A stretch of 63,998 bases of DNA, the filler included, from Streblomastix strix (Eukaryota): NCBI GenBank assembly GCA_008636045.1. It is 3 parts of 3 records of this genome, joined end to end, with 100 filler letters (N's around TTAATTAATTAA, not from the genome) between each part and the next. Parts side by side here need not be neighbours in the genome. Positions count along the whole stretch, not along the records: positions 44,409 to 63,998 come from SNRW01000503.1; 2 more parts are not named here. One strand, given 5' to 3'. Of the stretch, positions 53,291-63,998 are shown one piece after another (position 1 is the stretch's first letter; each line of letters opens with the position of its first letter). The notes under the pieces are model-generated. The model saw nothing but the letters and a program-made list of their open reading frames with translations. It made no database searches and had not been told where the DNA came from. The translations under genes were made by a program, and so were the position numbers.

Positions 53291-53986
53291 CATGTGATTA
53301 ACACGTATCATATAATATGTTTGCAACAAATAAACAAATAAAAACAATATCTTTTCATTTTTTATATCAATAAGATATTTTTGAAAGCATACGAATTAAT
53401 AAATAAAACCTGATCGATTTAATTTTGAGTAAAACTAATTTTTAGTAGAAAATATTTATTTTATTCAATCATATACACGTACTAGAAATTAATTATGAAC
53501 CATAAAAAATATATTTCGGATTTGATTTAAGTCATTAGCAAAAAGATTTTATTTTTTAATTAAAATTTTTTACGTTTCTTTCATTTTTCATGGCCTTGTG
53601 TAGATTAAAAGCTTTCCTAGTGGTTGGATTAACATCATTAACTATTATATTACTATTATCTTATATTTTTTATTACATATTTTCCATTTAAAAGGGAAAT
53701 ATAGAAAACTTTTTTGTTTTTATCATGAATTAACTAACAGAATTCGTTGCATATCAATGCATACCATATATAAATAAATATAAAATAATATTTATTATAC
53801 ATGCTAAATATTTCCAATCACATGTACCGGAAATTAATAATCGTATTTTTTTAAGATTAATTTTAATACCAACAGCGAATTCAAAATGAAATTGGTGTAA
53901 TTACCAATTATTTAAGCTTATTACATCAAATAATTTAATTTTCTTTGAATGAAAAATTTTTTATTACAATCATACATTTGTTTTTA

Positions 53987-56900
53987 ATGGGAATTTTATT
54001 TTTGATATTTTATTCATTACTTAGTACAGGTAATTGTGTTTCACATTCTCCAGTTACGTTTAAACTAAATAGCTTCAGGGATATTTACAACATAATATTC
54101 CTGCTCAACTTCATCTATGAAGAATGTTAATCTACTTGGGATTGAATTCTGATTCACTTCTGCTCCAATTCATTATCCACTTCTGAATTCTTAATATGAA
54201 GGACATCCAGTGGATATGTTTCTTATATCAACCATTGTCCTTCTTATTCATCCTTCACTTTTGGATAATGAGTAGGATTAAAAGTTAATATTAGTTCCAA
54301 TCCGAGGTTATTGATTTTCTTCATAGATTTTGAATAGAATAATTGTGTTATAAATATTCCATAAGCAATTCACCTCTAGGTATTTTGATTATTTATTATT
54401 AATTAATAGAAATATGAATTGTAATATTTTTCTTTTTCAATATTTTTATTCTTTTCTTATTATATTTCTCATTCATATCTATTTCTTCAAGGTTTTCAAT
54501 TATAATCCAAATTCTTCATTCACCATATAGACGTTCTACTTCATCTGCTCATAGAGTAGCAAGATTAGCCGCATTAGAAGATAAAGAATAAAGAATGAAT
54601 GAAGATTCTCATATGAATAAGGAGTTATTTTTATTTTTAATTTCTAATTTGCATCGATGGTTATTACTAAGGCACAGTTACTATTAACATTCAACTTTTT
54701 CTCTCAAATAAATAATAAATTTATTTAAATATTACTAAATTAAGTGTTTATTGATTTATTTGTTAAAAATATAATTTTAGCTTCAATGTAATTATAATCA
54801 TTATAATATATTAAAATTATATAATAACTCAAAAAATTACACAATTTATATTCAGAATAATATATTGATTAACTCAAAATTATCAAGGAAATTGATATTA
54901 ATGAAAAAAGAATTTTTTTCTCTTAAATTATAATATAAAATTGAATTATAACTTATTTCATATATTTAATTATATTATTTTTGAAAATTATCCCTAAAGC
55001 AAATGAAGAATAGTCTTCAAATTATCACGAACAGCGGTGCAACATTAAACTCGCTTTTTCTCGATAATCTGAATATAACTTTATAATCTAAAGATAAAAA
55101 TGATGTTATAGTCGCTCATCAATTGCAATTTACTCTCGATTATCTAAATTAATCTCAATTACCCAAATATCAACACAAATTTCATTATTCAACTGAACTT
55201 TAGATATCATTAGTCTCCGAGCTTCAATCAAACCGACTCGCTCCAATTATTTGGACAAGCAGGATTATTAATTAATAAATTAGTTATCTTTTTATCCTAA
55301 TTATGACATATAATCAACTTATATCAATGGAAAAATTATTGAAATACCAATTCCAATCAACTTCATTTTCCTCAACATTGATTTCCTTCAGAAAAATATC
55401 AATTTAAATAATAAATTCAATATTAAACACTTTAATGATAAAATTTAACTAATTCAAATTGCTTCAAAATTGTCTTCTTTAACCATTAACAAATTCATTT
55501 AATAATTAATAAAAAAGAATAAATTTGGATATTCACAAAGCATTCCAGATAACACACATTTACATTCTTCATATTTACAAAATATTGATTTTTCTGTTTA
55601 ATCACCATAATCTTCAATATATACTGCAAATCCATCACAATTATCTGATTTTCTAAATAATGATAATATGCCATTAGAAGGTTTAGAATTAATAATATCA
55701 GAATTTAGCTTCAAAGATAACAGTTAATATAAAGAAAAATAGACTAATATTTAGATTAAGATTAATTGTAAGAGTTTAATGGAGAAACGAATTAAAATAG
55801 AATAACAAATGAAAAAAGAATTGACAATAAATATAATAATTCATAGAATAATAAAAGATAATCTCGACCTCTTTCATTCTTTGAATCGCCATTTTGAGTA
55901 ACTTTACCCAAATATTATGATGAACAATAAAAGAAAATAAAATAATTGCTATCAGATTATGACAATCAATATCAATCATTCACTTTTCAATAAATATTAT
56001 CATCTTAATAACAAAATTTTCCACAATTTCTTGATTTTATAATCTTACCATAAAACATAATAATTTTATTATAGCATTCAGACCAAATGAAATATCAAAT
56101 CAAACATCAATAGATTCTCATACAATAATAACATCCATATTAACAATTGATAAAATGGAATATATTTAAAGAATAAATGAGAATAATAATACAAAAGAAA
56201 TGAACAGAAAGGATAAACTGAATTATTTCCCAAATAAACAAAATTCAAATGCAAATCCAGATAAGAGAAATAATAAAAATATTTCAGACAATATAAATCC
56301 AATTGAAACACCAATGCATCTTTTTTCTTATATTTCTACTTCTTATTCATTATCTCCTTCTAATTTATTCCCTATTTCTATATATCATAATGAAAAAGAA
56401 AGAGAAAGTTAAAATAAATTATAAAATTCGCAGATATCTTAATATTAATATAATAATGATAATTAGTCTAATACGAATATTAATAAAAAATTAAACAATT
56501 CTCATCCATTCAATTCCAATAGAGGCAAGAATTGGATCAACTGGACTTGTATTGAGACGTTTAACATACTAATTACTAAGAAATATTGTTGATAATGTTG
56601 AATATTGTGCGATGAAGAATAATAATAATAATATTTAAAAATAACAATTAAGAATAACAATAATAAGATTAATACCAATCATATTCTTATTTACTATCTA
56701 ATATTCATAAACTCAAACTCAAATAGTAAAATAAGCACAATAAATAATCACATTCTTATTCTAATACTAATAAGTAATAAAATGAATTTTAAATAAATAA
56801 ATAGAAAATTTAAATAAAAAAGAAATTAATAATAATATTAAAAAGAAGAAATAAAATAAAAGAAGAGTATTTGTAGATAATATGCAATGTAAATTATCTT

Positions 56901-57071
56901 AAATTCCAATTGGATGCGGATCTGAAATGTAATAGATTAGAATATGTAATGCTTATATAAAGATGATACTTTGAATGTTTAATTTTAATAGAGTAGAAAT
57001 GAAAGAAATAATGAACTATTACAAAATAATATAAAATTGAATAATAAGAAACTAATTATATCTGATTATTA
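53987..57071 (+). pseudogene. Q/N-rich hypothetical gene, probably interrupted by DIRS-like copy 2
   Basis: Long TAR-rich low-complexity frames with occasional TGA. No domain recognised. Confidence 0.3.
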
Positions 57072-57138
57072 AATAACCACTGACATGATATTTTAAGCAA
57101 TCACTTAGATTTGGAGCTCCCATTTATTTTAGAGACTG
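57072..57138 (+). repeat. Left ITR of DIRS-like copy 2
   Basis: aataaccactgacatgatattttaagcaatcacttagatttggagctcccatttattttagagactg is the near-perfect reverse complement of 62094-62160. Confidence 0.95.
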
Positions 57139-59214
57139 GCAGCCAAGCAATATGGGCCAATCAACAAAACGGGCAATTGTTCACGATTATGCGATGAAAA
57201 GGAATATCTACCCCCTTCACCGCCTCCAGTTGTGAATTATGAAGGTCCGGTCAATACTACTATCTGCACCAGTGGAACTACTACGGGGATTTCGTCGCAA
57301 TCATCAAAAGACCCACTATTGCTGCTACTGAATGACATTCCGCTCTCTTAAGGTCTGGATATAAACAGGTACATCGCAATTAGTGACGATTTTCTAAATG
57401 AGCAAGGCTCCTAGGTGTACCTTGACAGGTAAAGCAATGACATTCAAGTAAGGTTCCACGGCGAGCTGAAGGCTGTATTTAACTAAAGAGCCCACTTTGA
57501 CCAGAAATCTGGCAAGCATTTAAATGCTGGTTACTGGGGATTCGATCCTCCAGAAGATGTGAACCTCTAAATAGAGTGCATTATCGCAGAAGCCGTAATT
57601 GCAAAAATAAATCAATTATAAGACGTAGTGAACAAATAAATGTCGATGCAACAAGTAATATAGACGAATGACAATACTCCTACAGTGAATTGATCTGCTA
57701 TTCCAATGATTCCAATGATACGAAAGCGAGATGATAAAGCTACTGTAACAAATCAAAATTCCATGAAATTGTAGAAACAATTTCAATAAGAAAGAGAGCA
57801 TCATGCGAAATTTGAGAGCCTAGAGGAGGTAAAAATTGCTTAAGATATAACTGCAACGTTATCTGGTATCTTTAATCATGATACAAAAGACACAAATATA
57901 TTTGTATTCTAACTTTAACCGATTCAAAGATAGAAACTATTTGATGAAATTGCATGGTACGAAGCTAACGTAATGTTCCCAGTGCCATCAGCTGAAGCAA
58001 CATTACCAGAAGAGAGAGGCCTTCTCGCCAGCAATGTATTAGAATCTGCCTGTGCTGTGAATTAAGTTATTGCTGGCCAATTCATGATATTGCACGCAAT
58101 AGGACTTCAACTTGGTCAGCAAATTGTGCAAGATATGTGAAGCTTTTTTGTTTACAGTTGGTAATACTTAAAGATAAGGAGAATCTAGATAAAGAGAAGT
58201 ATAAGTGGTTGCTGAAGCGTAAGATGTACTTTCTAAGACAACTAGAGAGAAATTCAAAAGGAGAAATCTGCAAAGTTAGTAAAATGTAATTAGTAATCAT
58301 ATCGGGGCTTCAGTAAATTTGGTTAATTTTCACCGAATCAAAAAGGATAAAGGAATGTTCCGTTTTAAGGGAAAGGTAGATATGGTAGACAAAATAATAG
58401 ATTCCAGAAGAAAGGTAAGCTCCAAAATAGTATTCTTAATTAGAACTAGTAAGAAGATAAATATAATCCCTGATCGCCAAATCTCTCAGTATCATAAACT
58501 CATTTCACAGTCTACAACTACTCAAACTCTATTCTATCCCAACTTAGCTCATTCTCTCAAAGAAATCGAATATTCAATCCAGTCATCAAGAGAAACACTA
58601 AGACTTATATATTGAATTTCAGCTACCTCATGTGCCTCATAGGTCAATCGAACAAATTCCTAGAGTAAGCTAAAGTAAGGATCGATATAACATCTACTGT
58701 CACCAATTCCTAGAATAGCAATGAGTAATCAGGATTTGCGAGCTAAGATCATGGATCATTAGCTTTAAAAGATTAACCCCGAACATCAGATGACTTAGGA
58801 TCTCAATGCCAGGAAGGATAATCTTATGACATTGCGGCAGGATATCAATAGGCCTAGCGTTGCAGACCTGTGTCCTAGTTAACTTTTGAGTTAACTGATG
58901 AATCACAGATTAAAAGATAATCAAGTGAAGTAGATGACATCATACTAATTCCTGCAAACTAACATTAGAAGGGTGGATCAAATCAACTAACTAATTTTGG
59001 AGTTGGAAAGCATAGAACAGAATTGTCTAATGCTATATGACTAAAAGAAACCTACAAGTATATCTGTCGATAATCATACATTAATACAAGTTGGAGTCTA
59101 GGAAGTAAGTTAGAACCTAGGTCTGTAAAAATTCGATAAAACCAGATAACAGAACTCCCCTCAGGCTCTATAAGTTACTAATAGTATACATCATTAGCAA
59201 GCTTTAGGCAATCT

Positions 59215-61160
59215 ATTCCAATCAGGGGCAGGCTGATCCACTTTATCCGAGTTTGGTAACAGATTGGAGCTGATAAATTAATCTAAAGAGGGATTAAAGC
59301 TTATTGGATACATGCAGAGTGCCCAAAGATATTGAGAAAGAATAAATAGAAGATCATTCAAACAAGGTCAGAAGACAGTTTGGGAGCGTTGGATTAATTA
59401 ATCGATTAAGAATTATAAGAGTAAATTGTGGAAAAGGTAGCATTCAAAGATCTAGCTTGGTTAATCCTTGTTTTGCAATACCCTAACGCGATCCTGGGAA
59501 ATGGAGTAAGATAACTGATTGTTCGATTCTGAACAGATTTCTGAGAATAAATCACTTTATAATTGAGGACATCAGTACGCTAAGAGAAATCTTGTTACCC
59601 AACTATTGGATGAAAAAGATAGATCTACAATCCGCCATTCATCATATCCCGGTGGATCCAGAGTTCAGACTTTTCCTGGAATTTTAACATAGGAATCAGT
59701 ACTATCAAAACAAAGAGATGTGCTTTGGGATGAAACATACACCATTAATATTCCTCAAGACGTTAACACCTGTTATGAATCAAATTAGACAGTAGTTGGA
59801 AGTGAAAAGCGTATCTTACTGCGATGATCTGATCTTTCTATATCAGGATAGAGAAGAATTAGAGACCAAAAAGTATAATTTTCAGCAGACTCTTTGCGAA
59901 TTCGGTTGAAAGATCTTGGAAAATAAATCCTTCATCTAACCAACTTAAGAAATCGAATTCCTAGGATGTCATATCAATTCAAAACTCAATCAGATAATGA
60001 CGTTAAACTACAGAAGATAGAAGATGTTGAATCAAATTAGAAGATGGAGAAAAATAATTAAGCAAAAGACTTTAGTTAAAGTTATATTCCTAGTAAGTTT
60101 CATTGGCCAATTGAATTTCCTTAGGCTTTAAATCAAGAGAGGGGGTCTTCACATGAAAAGCTTAACAAGACTAAGCAAAGAGCAGCGATTATTAGAGGAT
60201 GGAATATTAACAAGTATCTGAGCAAGATCAAATTGTCGGAAGTATTCTGGTGGAAGAGTAAGATCGAGCAGAATAAACTGATTAGAGCTAATCTGTAGCA
60301 ACCGCAAGACATCTTATCAACAGACGCATCTCAAGACTCATGGGGTGCGACACTCAAGATCAATAGCAACATGTAGGAGATATGGTTTTAGGGCGACTTG
60401 AACAATCATTGGAGATTGACTAGCAGCAACTAGAGAGAAAAAGCAGCCGTTCATTGCGGATTATTCCACTCAGCACCTTTCTTGAGACAGTAGCAAATAC
60501 AGTCGTTGAAAGTCGAAACAGATAACAGGTCTACTGTATACAATCTGAATAGATGAGTCACAGCAATCGCACTACTGAAGCTGATTGGCAGAATACTGGA
60601 AATAGCAGAAGATTTGAATCTTCAAATTCATGCATTTCACATCTATGGAAAGGAGTATGCGATTCCAGATTCGCATTACGTACTTGCAACATCGGGCGAT
60701 TATTCCTTCAAAGAAGAGATCTTGCCCGAAGTACTTGCAATGTTGAGGATTAGACCATCGATCGACATTTTCTCCAATCGCTGCAACAGAAAGTTCAGGA
60801 GGTTTGTTAGCCTGTCGCAGGATAAATGGGCAGTAGCCTATGATTGTCTCTCAATATCATAGCAACTAGAAGTACCATATCTACACCCACCTATCCCTCT
60901 GATACAACAAACTCAAAACATACTAAAGGAAGAGAAGGTATAAGCATTGATGATCCTTCAATACTGGCCTTCTCAACCGTGTTGGCCTGTACTGATGAAG
61001 ATGGCATCAAGATTGATAATCCAAGGAGAAAGCGCAGACGTCCTAGTTCCAGAAAGCATGATGAGAAAGTTACAGAAGCATCTGCTACTCGGAAGATTGA
61101 TGACTGTCTTATTAGAGGTAACAAAAAAGAAGAATTATTCAGATGAGTTCTTAATTTAAG
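59215..61160 (+). pseudogene. RT / RNase H / methyltransferase-like pol ORF, copy 2
   Basis: PIRGRLIHF; NPCFAIP...KITDCSILN; KIDLQSAIHHIPV; MCFGMKHTP; YCDD (59817-59828); STDASQDSWGA; ETDN; IDIFSNRCNRKFRRFVS...YLHPPIPLI...WPSQPCW. Confidence 0.92.
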
Positions 61161-62086
61161 AGGCTTTACAATCACATCTGTCTAAAGCGTCATCAACGGT
61201 TGGCACGAAGCTAGAAGAAGATATCGTCAAAGATTAAGGCAATTTGATGAATATTGGTACAATTTAACGAAAAGGAGAGAAGATTTATTGAATGTTGAAG
61301 ATCCAGGGTTAATGATAGCAAATTACATTTCTTAATTAGAAGCTGGAGAGGCAACTAATGCAAGTCAAGCTCATAGTCGATCAGCATCAAGTACATTATT
61401 CCAGCTATAGGGATTTAAGAAGGAGAAGATTAATGGAGTTGCACTATAACAAATCATGAAAAAAAATCATAAACTGGAATGAGAAACCGTTTAAAGAAGA
61501 GCAGGTTTGGAATTACAATCAATTATTGAGATACGTTAAAGGTGAATCAGATCAGAAATTGAAATTATAGGAAATGGAATTTTTAGGTATAGTAATTGCT
61601 ATAACAATGTGATATTCAACCCTTCGCTTGATTGAAGTTTACAGATCCGTGGTTTAGAAGCTACCAAAAGGATGCTGGTAAGTGAAAACAGCAATGATTA
61701 AAGGTCATGATACAGGTGTTACATTTATATTCAGACCATAAGATAACCTGAGCATCTGCCCAACATAATGGTTGAGTCCCTGGATGAGTAAAAGAAAGAT
61801 AAAAGATGAAATATTTCATATTTGGTGAATATACTCCAAGAATAGAGCTGCATTATATAAGGAAACATCGAAAGCTGTTCAAATAACTATGAAAGCATGT
61901 AAAATCCCCAAAGGATACGCAGCCACTTCGATCAGATCTTCCTCAATTAATAAATCAATTGATTGTGGAGCAACTAAAACTGAGATTAACAGAGCAATAA
62001 GATACAGAAAAGGCTCACAGGCGGTGACTAATCATTATGATAAGAACTTGAATGATAAAATAAGGACGAGGCTAGCGAAACTTTGA
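61125..62086 (+). pseudogene. Tyrosine recombinase of DIRS-like copy 2
   Basis: STLRLIEV, ICPTQWL, YAATSIRSSSINK, RYRKGSQAVTNHYDKN. Confidence 0.88.
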
Positions 62087-62093
62087 ATGATAT

Positions 62094-62160
62094 CAGTCTC
62101 AAAAATAAATAGGAGCTCCAAATCTAAGTGATTGCTTAAATAATCACGTCAGTGGTTATT
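62094..62160 (-). repeat. Right ITR of DIRS-like copy 2
   Basis: cagtctcaaaaataaataggagctccaaatctaagtgattgcttaaataatcacgtcagtggttatt. Confidence 0.95.
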
Positions 62161-62869
62161 GTAGCGTACGATGTATTTGGAGCTCAACCATTTACCCAAC
62201 CAAATTATTAAACATTAATCTGACGATACTAAAAAGTTCACTATTTCTTCGACGATATGTTTAATCCCGCCCTTTGTCAGATTTCCTTCGTACACACTAC
62301 GCAGCTATTCCACTAATTTGATATTTTACAGTTTAATTTTTGGTTTTAATTGTTATCTTTATAGAACTGTATCATTAATTTATGTGATTTGCATGTTTTT
62401 GATCATAAATTTTTTTAATAATTGTTATTTAATAAATATAAGTGCATTCCACAGATATTTTTTAAATAATTTAGTTTAAATTTATTATCATCCTTTTTAA
62501 CCATTAACTACTGAAGTGATTGAGTTTAAACGTTAAATGGGAAATTTTGAAACTAATATTATCTCTTATAAGTTAAATGAAATAGAAAATTAAGGTATGG
62601 CAAGTCTATATATTGTAACAGTATGAAAAATATAATTCAAAAATTTAATGATTAGTTAGAGTATTAGTAAAATAGCTTCATCTCTTAATAATAAGCAATA
62701 ATGTGTTAAACAAAAAGATGATAATTTAAAAACTAATTAGTATAATAGAAAAATAATATTATCTATTAAAGTTAAATTGAAATTGAAAATAAAATAAAAA
62801 AAATTTAAAATATAATGTCAATATTATTAAAATAATTAGTGAATAATATAATTACTTTCATTGATTCAT

Positions 62870-63998
62870 TCATTCAGGAATAGTAAAACCATCACACTCT
62901 ATCTCTGCCTTATTCACTAAATAATAAATGGAAAATAATAAAAAATAGATAAGAAAATGAATACTAAACAATCTTATTAATTAATCTGTATAATATAAAC
63001 CTTAGTTCTGTGAAAGACATCTAAGAGCAAGTCTTGCTTCATTCCGTGTTTCTTCATCGGGATCATTAATTGTTGATTTGATATGTGATATAATTTCCTT
63101 TCTCATTGTAAAATCTTTGATTTCTTATGCTTTAAGCACAATACCAATGCAAATTGCAGATATTTTTTTGATGTATTCATTTGAAGTTCGTTTGAAAACA
63201 GAATAAATTTTCTCAATTCCTCCTGCTGATGCTAGATCTGTGAAGAATGGGTGTTGTGAAGTTGATTCAGATCCAATGGCTCCAGCATATAGGATATTGT
63301 CAATGGATGCAAGAATATTAACAATAATATTTTCATCTTTGTGAGTGAGTAAAAGTAGTAATGATGGAAACGGTTATTTCTCAATCAGGAGTTAACTCAT
63401 TGGAAAACTGTATGGATAAGTAAAAACGAAGAATCCCCTTGTATAAAGCTCTGTAATATCATCAGGATCTCTTGATGAAAAGATATGAAGCAATATATCG
63501 ACGATTCCAGCATTAATGGATTCTCTTCGAAGTTAAATATCTTATTTCCCATACAAAATTGAATACAACATCATACAATCGCTTTCCTACATTTTAATTA
63601 TTTTATTCTTTTCATCTTTTGTTCCTTTAAGCTCTTTCTGTAGATTATTTGTTATTGCTTTCAAATCAAAGTTCTACACTATTTCAGATTTGTTTGCTAT
63701 AATATATAAAAAAATCATGAGAAAATTTAAATTAAATTAAAAAAAATTTAATTAAAATAAGTATAAATAAATTTTATGTATCTAATAAAGCAGACCATCG
63801 TTTTGAGAAAGATAATACAAAGCTTTTATAGCTCTTACTTTTAATTAGATAAGGGAACAATTTTATAGACTTTTGATATGACTGATAATCTATTGTCTCA
63901 TTATTGAATCAGTAATTTGTTAAGATCTAAAGAGAAATCCTATGCATAATGCGGCTCTGTCTCTGCTGAATTTGCTTCTGTCCTTTTGAAATAAAGCA
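62870..63998 (-). CDS. ARM/HEAT-like repeat protein (5' part outside the window)
   Basis: Two similar helical units (RAALCIGFLFRSQQI...IISHIKS...ALYYLSQN and ISAICIGIVLKAQEI...IISHIKS...ALRCLSQN), each followed by an intron at the equivalent position. TGA at 62870. Confidence 0.7.

Larger units (their letters stand above)
57072..62160 (+). mobile_element. DIRS-like tyrosine-recombinase retrotransposon (copy 2, different family, degenerate)
   Basis: 67-bp ITRs at 57072-57138 and 62094-62160; gag-like region, RT, RNase H, MT-like domain and YR. Confidence 0.93.

Noticed and set aside
62175..62185. atttggagctc matching the copy-2 left ITR, as a possible ICR
   Set aside because: Only 11 nt, outside the right ITR, and readable as flanking coding-like sequence; may be chance.

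Overview
Very AT-rich, intron-containing eukaryotic DNA in which TAA/TAG read as Gln and TGA is the only stop. This makes the supplied standard-code ORF track largely misleading. Code, intron style and gene families suggest a flagellated protist such as the oxymonad Streblomastix (inference). The window is three separate contigs (1-22108, 22209-44308, 44409-end) joined by artificial N/TTAATTAATTAA/N linkers. Contig 1 holds a kinase-SPRY-like pseudogene split by two mappable insertions: a pogo/DDE_1 transposon carrying an OTU-like protease region, and a DIRS-like tyrosine-recombinase retroelement. It also holds IFT52 and a degraded ~10 kb Polinton/Maverick-like endogenous virus (rve integrase, A32-type packaging ATPase, KilA-N, putative capsid and fibre genes). 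Contig 2 holds a HECT remnant, SPRY-like and NEK-like kinase genes, an apparently intronless ~2230-codon USP, an orphan AT-hook protein and a SPEF2-like gene. Contig 3 holds a Pmp-like beta-helix surface protein, a second DDE_1 relic, a second DIRS-like element and an ARM-like repeat gene. All translations and alignments were done by eye; no database searches were run.
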